Source: Laetmonice hystrix
Lineage: Eukaryota
Assembly: GCA_965235115.1 (NCBI GenBank)
Contig: OZ249436.1
Span: 10,912,001 to 10,976,000, forward strand
Length of the DNA stretch: 64,000 bases
Reading direction: 5' to 3'
Positions 1 through 12,726 of this stretch are shown here, piece after piece; the stretch's first letter is position 1; every line of letters starts with the position of its first letter. The notes beneath the pieces were generated by a model that saw nothing but the letters and a program-made list of their open reading frames with translations, was not told the DNA's origin and did no database searches. Made by a program: the position numbers and the translations under genes.

Positions 1-394
1 TATATTCACTCAGCCAGAGTAATTGGCGGGATCCCAAACTCTACAATGAAGTCCCCATTCAGGAGTTTGGCTGCTATGGTCTTGTCATTGGGTACACGAC
101 AGTAATACCCGTGCCCTTTTCAATAATTTACAGACAAGGAAATGTGCGCTTTCATGCCCGGTGCCTGGACGCCTCTTCCGAAGAATAATGACAATCCCGA
201 ACAGAGACTGCAGGTATTCATCTTAATCTGCAAGATGTGTCATTGGTTTAAAAGGGTCGTTAACGAAGAAAATCATTAGAATTAGCCAATCTTATTAAAG
301 GAAATATGTCACGAATTTCAAGTCATAGATCTACGTGACGTTTCACAATAAATATGTTTTGCATTGCAGTTCTCCGATATTATCCAAAGCTCGC

Positions 395-720
395 TTACCT
401 TTCTATGTGGACTTCGCGGGTATTAGGTAAAATAAATTTTAAAAGTGGTTTGTGCAAATTAGAAGCTCTTCTGTCATTATTTGCAATATAGATTGTACTA
501 GCGAAAATATATTTCGAATATTGTCAGCATTATTCTCGGGAAAATCACGGATATTCTTTTCACGAATTCTGGAACTACATTCGTTGCGGACTATTAACGA
601 AGGTGTTCTCCACATCACAACAACACAACGTCCAAAAGATTGCAAACTGCGGCATTCTATGTGTTTGCGTGCACTCGGGCTAGTTTTTTGGTAATATTTC
701 CGCCATAATTTCACTCATTG
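395..720. repeat. dispersed repeat; inverted diverged copy at about 29430-29800
   Basis: Shared blocks such as TGTACTAGCGAAAATA, AATATTGTCAGCATTATTCTCGGGAA and CTGGAACTACATTCGTTGCGGA. ORF-track entries 452 (+) and 29418 (-) are homologous. Confidence 0.75.
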
Positions 721-1084
721 GATGTGTTACCAGAATCAACATGAAAAACATTGCGTGCTATAAAGTACGTCAGTGGCGGGGAGATGAGCAGAAATCTGAA
801 GATTCTGGTCGATCCGGCAGGTGAGACAACCCCTTTAAATTGAATCTTTTAAAACGCGTCAACTTTTTACGACACTGAATCGTCTCAGCTTGTTATGGTA
901 TTATGGTCTGTGCCCTAACTGCAGTTAAATTCTCCCTTGAAGTCGTCTGTATAGACTCAGAGCATGTATACTCGTGTTAACAAGGTTCACCTAAAAGGAG
1001 CTAAAAAGATTTTCACTAGCAGACTGACTGTCTGCTTATCACTGGGGCAGCTTTTTAATTGCTGTATGGACCAGGTTCTACATG

Positions 1085-1604
1085 GTATACCTGGAACGGC
1101 TGAGATTATGCGTGTATATAGGCCTATACCTGCATGGAACGGCTGAGATTATGCGTGTATATAGGCCTATACCTGGAACGGCTGAGATTATGCGTGTATA
1201 TAGGCCTATACCTGGAACGGCTGAGATTATGCGTGTATATAGGCCTATTCCTGGAACGGCTGAGATTACGCGTGTATAGGCCTATACCTGGAACGGCTGA
1301 GATTATGCGTGTATATAGGCCTATACCTGGAACGGCTGAGATTATGCGTGTATATAGGCCTATACCTGGAACGGCTGAGATTATGCGTGTATATAGGCCT
1401 ATACCTGGAACGGCTGAGATTATGCGTGTATATAGGCCTATTCCTGGAACGGCTGAGATTACGCGTGTATAGGCCTATACCTGGAACGGCTGAGATTATG
1501 CGTGTATATAGGCCTATACCTGGAACGGCTGAGATTATGCGTGTATATATAATAGGCCTATACCTGCATGGAACGGCTGAGATTATGCGTGTATATAGGC
1601 CTAG
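1085..1604. repeat. 39-bp minisatellite, about 13 copies
   Basis: Unit TACCTGGAACGGCTGAGATTATGCGTGTATATAGGCCTA; explains the repetitive ORFs at 1082-1709. Confidence 0.95.
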
Positions 1605-2682
1605 CTGAACGCAATTCAAAAGAGGGTCGACTATAAATTGAACCAATGGGGAGCTCCGATACCTGTGCTTTAGACTCTCATGTCGTACACAGCAGGCTTG
1701 GCTTGCCAAACATCATAGGGCGGGTAAGTATATGTCACATTACAATGCGCGATTCGACGAGAAATGCGGTTCAAATGGCGGCTCAAAACAGGGGAAAGCC
1801 AAATTCCGGTTCCGGTCATTTAGCCTAGCTAGGCCCATCTAAAAACTTTCTTCCAACTTCAACCCGTGATATCTTCACAATTATTGTTCTCTTATTCATC
1901 AAACTTCAACCGATGCTGATTAACATAAAGTTTTGATAACTAGGTCACGAGACATAAAGTATTGATAACTAGGTCACGAGACTTACGCTTCCTATTGGCT
2001 TCTTTTCTTCAATGCAACTTGCCAGGGATATGTTTAAACATATGAGTAACACGTATTGAATGTACATTAGAAAATAAGATTTGGGGTCATTTGTACATGA
2101 AAACAATCCCTGTTTTGCCGTTAGAATTTGGATTTGATTGACAGCTGCTTAGTCAGCTGACCAGTGATGTATCTCATGTGGTGGTGTTATCTTGGTGACC
2201 TAGTTGCTAGGATACCAGTCATACTCTACCCCATTGCCTCTAGCTGATAACCCTCGGCCAGCCCCTTGCACTCTAACTGGTCTAAGTATTTTATTACCGT
2301 CTACCCAGATTTTATACAAAAGGCATACAATGTGACACTTCCTCCTATGTCCGCATTAAACAATACGTTACTTACTGGCACTACAAATTTCACCAGATCG
2401 ACTTTCGAAATCTAAATTTTAAACTGTACCCTTTGTCCCCCCTCAGTCATTCTGTATTTTTTTTCACAGAACGAATCCCTACATGAAATTATCCAGGGTA
2501 AATCAACACCAGGTAACAGGAACTTCTCGGGTCTGGTTAACATGTGACCCGATACATTACTCATACAAAGTACACAAGGGATCGCCGCTTCTATTGACCT
2601 GTATTTATATGACATGTCCATATATAATATCGTGTTGATTTATTCGGTACATTCTCCACACAGAATCAGAATGTTTATTTAA

Positions 2683-2945
2683 AGGGGCACAATTGGAAGA
2701 ATCGCACTTTCGAACAGCGTTTGAATCTTTTGTGAGGTGTTCTATATTCCAAAGAAAAATATTTAAAAAAATGAAAACCGGGGACTTGAGCGAGAAATGG
2801 CATAACTTACAACGGGGTCACATGAGGCTGCCTGTGGCTTAATTACAGCTCAATCAATGCTATTTTCAGGGCAGAATATATATTTCGGACCTCTTTACGC
2901 CATCATGTAAGAAGAACGCAAAGTCAGTCGAAAAGTTCTGCCCCT
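2683..2945. mobile_element. short Kolobok-like MITE
   Basis: TTAA|AGGGGCA...TGCCCCT|TTAA. Confidence 0.6.
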
Positions 2946-5745
2946 TTAATATTGTTTCCTCCTATTCAATGGCAACCAAATTTACAATGGACAGTAACAA
3001 TGTAACTGACTTAAAGCCCATTTATCAGACACTCGAAACGGACAATAGGTCTATGCCATGAACTAAATGTCCTCAACGTTGTGAACGATCAACGAGAGCA
3101 TGGAGCTCAAGTAGTATATGGAAATGGCTAATCGTGTCAGGTTCATTGACGAAAATTCGGAAATATATACTACATGGCTTTCTCCTTCTCGAGTTCAAGT
3201 AGTATATGGAAATGGTGGTATGTTTCAGGCTTCTGTCGTTCGTCAAATGCTGCCTCCACTAAGGACATGTTTCTACGTGCCAATCTCGAGCTGTACATGA
3301 AACTGGCAATATATTGCTGAGTTATTTGCCATTCGCAAATGGTTCTCGTCAGGAGAGGCTGTGGCAGTCAGCTAGTGTATTTCGAGGACAATATATTCTC
3401 TTGGACTGGAGACATTCATTAGAGCATATAGACGTTGCTGGAATACACTGGCGTTCTTATGGTTTTCATGGTACCTTAAAGGCCATCTCATTCCAGAACT
3501 CAAACAATCTTTACAGAAAGGACGGAAAAAGTTCTTTTAGATCTTGGTCCGAGACCAAATACTACAAACGATTGGTACTCCTTCGGGATTCTTAGGACAT
3601 TGTAGAAATAATCAATTCTGCCCTCGCCTGTTACTGTCCAGGCGTTTGGGCCCATCCGCAAAAATACACCAGGGTACGGAAAAAGATGTATAGGACATTT
3701 TCCATATGAGCATAAGGGGGGAGAAGATAGTTCAGGCCACATTGCATGGGAAAATGTGAGAACATCAGTCAGGGGAATCTTTGCCATTTCAACGTAGAAA
3801 GTGTATCTTTATCAATGTTAGGCGTTCGTCAACTGTTCGCCACGTTTGCATTGGCAAACTATACTCAGTGGCGACGACGACTTTTCAGTATTATATTCGC
3901 CATGTGGCGAATCCCAGATTGCTTTTACAAAGTCCATCAGGGAGAAGAAGGTTGAATAATCCCAGCTGTGTGTGACTAACCGATTTCGGTTCCGATTAAC
4001 CATGTGTGGCTTAAACCTTTTAAATCCTATGTGCCCCGATATTTTACGTAAGTGTTTCATTCCTATGGGCCCTGGTATTTTACGTAAGTGTTTAATCCCC
4101 TACGCCTCCAGGGGAGATTTATATCAGCAATTCGATCTACAGTCTAGCTATTTCATGACTCTAAATTAGACTGAACTGCCGGACCGTCTCTTTTTATTTC
4201 TATTTATTAATTAGTTTATGCCGGCTGTCTCATGCATAAAATAACAAGTAACAAAGCCAAATGGTTGTTGCGTGGTACATGTGGTAACTGGGTGTCGCAG
4301 ATGTAACTAATGGAGGACGTCTGGGTCAGGCGCACGTTCTGTGTAAACATGAAGTATATCGCCGCCAAAAGGACATAATAGAAAACAAGGTTTAGCACTA
4401 GACACTCTCCCAGCGCATGACTACTTAATAATCATCTCTGTATAGCATATACAGAGAGTATGGATGCAAACTACATGATAATCATGCAAATGATAATAAG
4501 ACTTGTCAAGTTAATTCTACACGTAATTCTACATTGTCAAGTTAATTCTACATGTGCAGAAAATAATCCAGAATATTATTCCAGTACATAATTATTCACG
4601 TTGCCAAATCCATGCATGTACAAAGATAGCTCTCTTTTTTGACAGGGGGGGGGTGTAAAAATCCGTATTCACAAAATGACATTCCGTGTTGTTCGCCGCC
4701 ATTCGGGCTCGACTGGAGGAGAGACCTATGTGTGTAGGCCTATAGGACAGGCAACTCGTTGGCCCGGCGCCAACTGTCACTGCCGCCTTGCTCTGTGCGG
4801 GGGAGGTACGGTCGCCTGTCGGGGTTGTGTTTGTCGATGGTAGCCCGTGGGCAAACAGCAAACGGTCCCCCAACAACAACCCATACATCACACAGGTCTG
4901 AGGCCACTCAGTGCGTGCTGATGACGAATGACATGGCACAGCGAGACTCGACTCGAATGGGCACACACACAGTGAACGAGTCCCGGCGGGGGTTGTCAGG
5001 AGTGGGTATATCATTCATGGTATTACGCATGCACGTCCTACTGGCACCACTTACTACACGCCACTTGTGGCCGCTCGGTAAACTAATTAGGAAACATTAA
5101 TTTCACCTCATCTATAAAGTTAATTAATATGCTCTGGTGAACCATTTGAGCAATGATCGCAGTAAAAAGTCAACTGTGGATTCAAACATTGCATGGGGAC
5201 ATGGTGATTGCACAATGTCTTGGCACTGACGAAGTTTCTCTTCATTGACAGGCGCATTGAAACCTGTATTAGATTTTATTATTTTGTCAAGGAACTCCAG
5301 TACGGTAATTAAAGATCTCAGGAATTCTAATGGTAAGCGTATTGCGGTTCCCATTCTATGTGAAACCATTGCTTGGTTTGAAGAGGAAACTGGGAGTTCT
5401 CAACAATAAACAGCTTCTGTTTATGTGTAATATTGTTGGTTTCAAGTCATACGGAATTCAATCAATCGATAATGACGCATACTAGCTGGTCACAGAACAC
5501 AGAAATTAAGCTTTAGAAAAGTTGAACATGGCCGCTTCTGGTTGTCGATGTTCTTTAATTTCCGGAGACAACCTCTCGTGCGATTGTTGACAAGGCCATA
5601 CGAGCAGCGATGCTAAAGTGTGCAAGATGCGAGGTTGTCCAGGTCGTAACGAACACATTGATTTAAATTAGTGCCAGCGATTACTGTCAACAATACGACT
5701 CGGCGCTGGTAGGATTGAGGTTGAAACTGCTTATTCAGTAATGTA

Positions 5746-6072
5746 TATTGTATATCTGTATAGCTATTGCTCCATATTGTATATCTGTATAGCTATTGCT
5801 CCATATTGTATATCTGTATAGCTATTGCTCCATATTGTATATTTGTATAGCTATTGCTCCATATTGTATATCTGTATAGCTATTGCTCCATATTGTATAT
5901 TTGTATAGCTATTGCTCCATATTGTATATCTGTATAGCTATTGCTCCATATTGTATATCTGTATAGCTATATTGCTCCATATTGTATATCTGTATAGCTA
6001 TTGCTCCATATTGTATGTCTGTATATAGCTATTACTCCATATTGTATATCTGTATAGCTATTGCTCCATATT
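5746..6072. repeat. 29-bp minisatellite, about 11 copies
   Basis: Unit TATTGTATATCTGTATAGCTATTGCTCCA. Confidence 0.95.
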
Positions 6073-6557
6073 AATCACGGTACTGTCCACTTTAGAGTGC
6101 CAAGATGCCACCAGCCTCGTTATAAAAGGGGCGTTGCCTATAAACTGAATTGGGAAGGAATCAGTCACGCTATGGTCATCTCTCCTTATACATGTAGTAC
6201 CTAGGAATAGTGGATTATATTACATTACAGCGCAAGTGCGACGCCGTTTAATGCCGATGACATAAATACGTCGCGACTTCGGCATTCCATATTCGCCTTC
6301 AACACTACTGTAACTCGAAACAATGTTGCAAGATTTAAACCGGTGGTTAAGAGTGGATCATCCTTTCATGGGTGGGGGCCTCCCCAAGAAAACCTTTCAA
6401 TTTGCACGCTATTTTTAAATTATTTTTTGTTGACATTTAACCGAGGCAGCTGTCGCGGCTGCCTTAATGCAATTTACGACCCTGTACTTTACTAAATCAA
6501 GTGATAAATCGAGAATAACATGCAAAGGACGGATAGATGGAACTTCTGAAAGCTCAC

Positions 6558-6857
6558 CTTCTCTTCCCGCTTCCTCTGTACGATCTCCGGGTTAGGTGTC
6601 ATGTCCTCCTTGAGGGCACTGCTCCCGGATCCTCGACTCCTCCTGACGCTCCCTGTCCCCACCCAGCCGGGCCCGGGGCTCATGGTCCGGGACAACACCT
6701 CCATGTGAGCCCGGAGGGTGCGCTCGAGACCCTGCAGCGCACCCACCAATGTGTCATTGCCGGCCGGGTGCTGCTGCTGCGACCAGTCGCCGTCATCGCC
6801 TCCACCACCCGGCGCCCGCCGCTCCACGGCCCGACCCGTCATGGTCTCAGCGAACAT
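6558..6857 (-). CDS. probable first coding exon of an unidentified gene
   Basis: GC-rich 300-bp ORF in AT-rich surroundings, in-frame TGA just upstream of the ATG, clean donor AAG|GTGAGC at phase 0. No matching downstream exon recognised. Confidence 0.5.
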
Positions 6858-8919
6858 CTGACTTCAAGCCCCACACGTTGAGCGTCGTTAGTCCACACGG
6901 CCACGCGCAAGCTCACCAACTTCATTAAGCTATCCAAACCATTTCTATGGCCCCTCGTAGGAGGGTGCGTTCTCCTTCCATCCGCTCGTCAAATGACCGG
7001 CGGAAATAGATGTAAACAACGGCCATTATTCATGGTCCGCATTTCCTACCCAGAAACTCCTCTATGCCTACTTTTACATTGTTGCTGTTATTATAAGGCA
7101 ATTATTGTTCTCCAGTTATCTGCCTTTCTATATGGTTCTTACATAGGCCGATGTTGCAACGATCCAGGCACGGAGGCCACTATATCCAAACAATGTTGAA
7201 TGCCTTTTGGACAGGCTGAGTCACGGTTTCCTTTCGTACTGCTGGTCCGACTTTCAAAGGCGCGTTGCCACTCGCTTCCAGCCTATTTTAAACAACATGC
7301 GTGGATTGTCCCTATCGGCACCTACTCAGCGCCTTTTCCAGACTCCACATGGGGTCGACTGGCCCGAGGCGCTGACAGAAAATGCCGCAGGTTCCCGCAT
7401 CATCGCACCGACCGGGCTGGACACCATACACCACCGCGGCTGACCAAGTGATCATCGGGACACACATTACCGCACCAATGACGCTCATCTATTCACTGAT
7501 CTAGGCTACTGCAGCACGTGCCTAGCTGACCACAATAGTCACGCATCCTATTACAATTCCCTTGTATATATAAATGTGTTCAAAACGCATGGGTGGGTGT
7601 GCTGCATTATAATACGAACGGAAATCAATAAAACGATAACGTCACTTTACCCTGGCACAATACTCACACCGTCAAGCTGGCGGTAAATTTGATCTAACCG
7701 TATTATACGCGACTCGTACACCCAAAGGTAATGTCCATCGTGCTCGCAACAACCCTGCCTTCCACCTCATGGGTAGAGTAAACCCTCGCCCACCGCCTGT
7801 TACCCCACTCTACACCGTCACATAAACGAGCAGAATAAAAAACACTCAGGCATTAGTAGTGTTTCCGAGTTCGCTTGGAATCTTGACCAGAAGAAAATGT
7901 AGTCTATAGGCCTACATTTAACGTTTTAAAAGGAGCAGACAGCTAGAGATGATCATGGGCCAAATAAAACTGGAACACTCTTTTCTATCACTTCTACAAT
8001 TTTTACCCCAATATCATAATATTTTAGACATTATATCATCTGGTTATTTGAGGTCTGTGGTACCAATTTCAGATAAATAGCTCCAAACGTTCTCCTGTAT
8101 AGGCTACTTTCCGCGTGTCACACCAGAGATTTTAGAAGAATTCAGGCGCAACTATACGTCCGCCGGAGAACCAGTGTGCGATTCCAGACATATTAAATTC
8201 TGTTCTGCTAATTAGTGGAAGATACTCTAAACGTCGCTGCTATGCCTCCTACTTCACAAGCGTGGCTTTTACGACCTAACTTATTCTACGCCTGTTTTAT
8301 GCACTCGACGTAACTTTACGCCTTTACTTTGCGACTGAGATACGTCCGACGTATCTCAGCTTAGATCTACGCCCGTTTTCTGCACTCGGTCACTGGGCAG
8401 TTAACGTGTAGTACCGCACGTCGGGTTGGTGCTACTGTGTCTGAATGATGTGACATCTGTCAATCAAATAGGCCTACCACCTGCCAAATCAAGGTAAGCG
8501 GTCAAACTCTGTTTTGACATATTTTATTAGAATGAAACTAAGTTTGATGAACTTAGTCACTTCAGGGTGGAGGCGGGCAAGAAGTGGGCTCGCTCCATCA
8601 ACATCATACCTAGTAGTGGCGAATTTAAGAGGGGGGGGGGAGTTACTGGGATTGCACCCCCCCCCCGTTACGAAGTAATTTGTCCTTTTTCCTGTTTGAA
8701 AGGTTCACAAAAACACACACACACAGCCCCCCCCCCCCCCCGGCACCCACAACACCCCGGCCCCCATTGGTACAAACCTGGATCCGCCCCAGCAAGCTTC
8801 CAAAACCATCACAGGCTCTGATCACCGATCTCTCTGGTGTCTGTTTACCTTCGCGCTATTCATTTCGACTCAGAATTCGGCGATGGTCGACCGTCATCAC
8901 GAGGCAGGTCGTGCAATAT

Positions 8920-9080
8920 CAGGGGCGGATTCAGGATTTTGGTAAGGGGGAGGGGGTGAATTTGCTTAGGGCGGGGGTTCAGCACGGTCAATACAGAAAG
9001 TTCTATTGAGAAAAAACAAAAAACATTGGCTGCCCGGGGGGGGGGGGGGTAACAACCCACCCCCTTTGGATCCACCACTG
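8920..9080. mobile_element. CAGGGGCGG-type MITE
   Basis: CAGGGGCGGATTCAGG...GGATCCACCACTG with internal poly-G/C. No TSD recognised. Confidence 0.5.
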
Positions 9081-10679
9081 CAGAGATTATGACCGGTATC
9101 AACGGGTCCTAATCCATTCATCCCATACTTCGCGAACCTGCGACCAGTCGCGGCCTGTTGAATCCACTCCACTCCAGGTGGCGCTGTTAACCGGTGACTG
9201 CATGGGAACCGAACTCGCAATCCGTTTGAATAGGGCATGTAATACGTGAAACACATGATTGTATTACATTGATTGTAACAAACTATTACAACGACAGTAT
9301 ATTATAATACTGGAAAATTGTATCGTACCTTAAATTGATTATCTATAGGCCAAATAGTACAAAAACAACAGTATTTTGAATGTAAATTTTAACGCGCAAA
9401 CAGCAGCATTTCCTTACATTAATATTGAGAATTTCTCAGCTGAGGTCTGAGATCATTTGCAGTTACATAACCAATGTAAGCCTACTGCCGCCATTTCGTA
9501 CGCCTCTCTGTCGAAAAATAGGCTTTAGAATAATTCCTAATGAGGTTTTATAGCATAGAACCTCATTAGGAATTTGAATGTTCTTGGCCTTTCACTATTC
9601 CAACACAACTGCCCAACACTGCAGTGCAGGAGGCATCGATTTTCTTTCACTTCTACTGCGTGTTAATCATAGCCAAGCAGTTCCACTAGTGTATAGGAGG
9701 ATCAGTGATGTTTCAGCAACAGGGGCCGGACAGTGGATACCATAAGACAAGTTTCATCATCTATTAAAGTCGTATAATTTTGCTCACATTACCTTTTCTC
9801 CTTTTACCCTTTGAGAAACACATTAAAAAGTCCGGTTCACGCTGAACAAAGGGAGATATGTTTATTGGCAAATTGTAGTATATTTTAATACTCGTTATTA
9901 ACAAGGTGCAAAATACAATACACATTTTCAGTTTAAAATATAGGCAGTGGTTATTTTGCCGGCATTTGCCTGCAATACTAGATTTCTATTGGATGATGTC
10001 TTCCGGCTAACTCGCGCATGATGTAATTAACGCCTAATTAACATCCAATATGAGAACAAACTAACACTAACCTTAGGCCTAACCCTAACTAATCAAGTCA
10101 AACTCGTGTACTTATGTGCAGGCCCGCTGAAAACATTTGAATAAGCACCTGAAGAAAAACGCTATAAAACTGACGACATAATAGTACCATAAGTGTATAA
10201 TATAAACTCATATTACACAGTATACTAAGGGGTATTATTAGGAAGTAAAGGAAGTCTTCCTACCAAACTACACGTTCTTCTTTTTCACTCACTGGGATAC
10301 CCTTTACTTTACTTTGGTCACAATCGGTTACGTATTTTCAACATTTTCTCATGAAATGTCTCGTTTAATACTATCAGTGATCCCATGTCTGATAACTTAA
10401 TACGGAAATATACCTACCTGAAGGTCCCGTATCCCATGAGGCCGAATGGGATACAGGACGTTATCAGACATGGGATAACCATTTTATTATTTGGTTCTCA
10501 AAACGAGGCTACCAAGTAATACAGTCCCCTCCAGTGACGTCAAAGATGTAATACAGGAAATATCAGCGCTGGGACGTTCAACCCTCGACCAACCCCGTAG
10601 CACAGCTTTATATTGAGAAAGAACTGACCAAGCACGTTGTAGTATTCTGTAGAACCGAATAATTATAAATGGGCGGTTC

Positions 10680-10776
10680 CAGTGCAATACTGCGGTTCCA
10701 GTGCAACACTGCGATTCCAGTGCAACACTGCGATTCCAGTGCAATACTGAGGTTCCAGTGCAACACTGCGATTCCA
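10680..10776. repeat. 19-bp tandem repeat, 5 copies
   Basis: Unit CAGTGCAA(C/T)ACTG(C/A)G(A/G)TTC. Confidence 0.9.
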
Positions 10777-11419
10777 GAGATTGTGGCAGGCACCTTTTCT
10801 TCTTATTTTTAAAGAAATCCACATACAAGCCTGATTGGGCAAAACTCGTGCGTTTTATCCGCCCCCTTTTTTCATGGGCCCCCTGCTCTCTCTCTGTCTC
10901 GCTCTGTCTGTCTGTATCTCATAATAATGTGTAGGACATGCAGTAAATGGCTTATCGTATATGATTGTACATATCGGAATACCTATGAGAATCGGAATGG
11001 GACGGTAGGCATAGAGTCAGGACATATTTGAAGGTTATCAGAGGGTCATGGCTTTGTCAGTTGTCAGTACATCTTTACCTCATTTGTCAGTATCAGTAAA
11101 ATTTTGGCTCTGTCCGTAAAACCTATTTAGGCCTACTGCAACGTCTCTCTTTCGTGGAAGCATTCAGGCTCACGCTCCCATTTCATGTCAACCAAATTTA
11201 GGCTTGGATCTTTTTTTCACTGTGAAAATCTCAGTTGACGCTTGTCGATCCTGGTCTCTCTTTATCGTTTGACGGTAAAAACCCACCCAAATGCCGCTTG
11301 TCAGTAATTATTTTGGCCTTTTGTCGCCTGTTAGTGAACCCTCTGATAACCCTCATATTTGTAGTCCCAGGCTCCAACCAACTCAATTTCAATCCCATCA
11401 TCACCAACATGGCTTTATA

Positions 11420-11799
11420 TTATATTAGCAAGTATCTATCAAACTCTTCTCTTGTACCACGTCCATGAGCGATATAAGGAGGGGTTATCTTCCTCTCAAT
11501 CCGCAGTCGGGTTACATCCGGGCCATTCGCTTCTGTTGCCACCGATGTATAGGTGGCGTCACCGTCAGAGTCATCACGGACTTCGGCGATTTCCGGAGAG
11601 AAATTACCGTCATCTTCCGCTTGGGTAGGCCTAATGCTGGATCCATGGGAGAAACTTATGTCTGGTCGCTGGCTACAATCTCTGACCGTACACGGTAACT
11701 GACTGCTCACAGTGGAACTGCTGCTACAATAGGCAGGTTTACGACGCTTGCAGCGGCAGTATTTCCTGAATTCGCGCGTTAGAGTTCGAGCATACATTC
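11420..11799 (-). CDS. GnRHR: GnRH/AKH/ACP-type GPCR, exon 6 (helix 8 and C-terminal tail)
   Basis: gttccag|GA ATG; encodes (G)MYARTLTREFRKYCRCKRRKPAYCSSSSTVSSQ...RYLLI*. Summed CDS is 1440 bp = 479 aa plus stop. Confidence 0.88.
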
Positions 11800-12637
11800 C
11801 TGGAACGAGAACACAACATTGATCAGCCGTTAACACCAAACCTGATCACTCTATGTCATAACGGCAAGTTTTAGTCGGTGCGTTCATTATCTTTGGGACA
11901 TTAGGCGGTCATTGGTGTCCTCCCAATGGGCCTGCCGTCCATACTTCTTTGACTTTATGATTATTCGGGGTCGTGTAAACGCGCAGCACTGTTCGGGCGT
12001 TCGAACCAAAACAATATCGCCGAGCAGTTTGTTACTTGGCTGACCAGTTATCCGAGTTTTAGGCCAATGGATGCCCTAATTTTGCAAGGGCCACGTCGAT
12101 TAGGACCTTGGGTCAGGCCGTTGAGGTACAGTCACAGGCAATTTGTGTAGAATTGGTGATCCACTCTGGACTTGGAGCGGCAGGTCCCCAGAGAAACTCC
12201 TGCATCCGACTAAGTAACTTTTTATCGAACAGCAACAATGCCCTAGCTCCCTTTGAATAGCCGCTGTAAATGTTCCTGTCAGAAAAAAGAAATGTATCAC
12301 TGTTTCTGGCTTTGATTCAGGCTTCGACCACATAAACCAAAATAAATTAAAACAGTCCAACTAAATCTTCGTAATATTATATTCCTACAGTCTATAGATC
12401 AAAGATTTATCACACAAACTTTTACAAAACTTGCACCCAAGCGGATCTGCTAGCCTTTTGTTTAGTTTCGCCTTTTTCGTAAATGCCTGTTTATCTACCA
12501 ATATATGATAGATTTGTGCTCAAGTGGAAATCGATGGTGTGTGTGTTCAACTGGATGTTCAGAGTATGTGTGTGTATCTGTATGGAAATCTGGCCAGTAA
12601 AAAAGGTCGCATGCAGGAAATATATCAGTTTTCCTAC

Positions 12638-12726
12638 CATAGACGAATGGGTTGACACAGGAATTCGACACGGCAAATATGAAAAGGCCACGCTGAATTT
12701 TTGGGTCGATCTGACGTGCTGACTTT
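12638..12726 (-). CDS. GnRHR: GnRH/AKH/ACP-type GPCR, exon 5 (ECL3-TM7)
   Basis: ttttcag|A AAG; encodes (Q)[29 protein letters not shown] with NPxxY. Donor G|GTAGGA, 89 bp, phase 2 to 1. Confidence 0.94.

Noticed and set aside
1082-1709. Repetitive ORFs (PGTAEIMRVYRPI)n
   Set aside because: By-product of a 39-bp unit, which is a multiple of three.
3060-3960. High-complexity stretch with partly open minus-strand frames, possibly a decayed gene or viral relic; also a 21-bp direct repeat at 3107 and 3195
   Set aside because: Multiple stops and frame changes, and no motif I can recognise. A tblastx search would be needed; not supportable by eye.
5124-5369. 81-aa helical-looking ORF as exon 2 of the 6558-6857 gene
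   Set aside because: The only nearby acceptor gives phase 2 while the upstream donor is phase 0; composition differs and there is no clear donor.
10680-10776. CAGUG as an iron-responsive element
   Set aside because: CAGTG forms the stem rather than the apical loop, and the 5-bp stem with bulged C needed for an IRE cannot be drawn.
11420-11760. Long C-terminal tail on a GnRH-type receptor
   Set aside because: Normal for invertebrate and non-mammalian receptors; only mammalian type I GnRHR lacks it.
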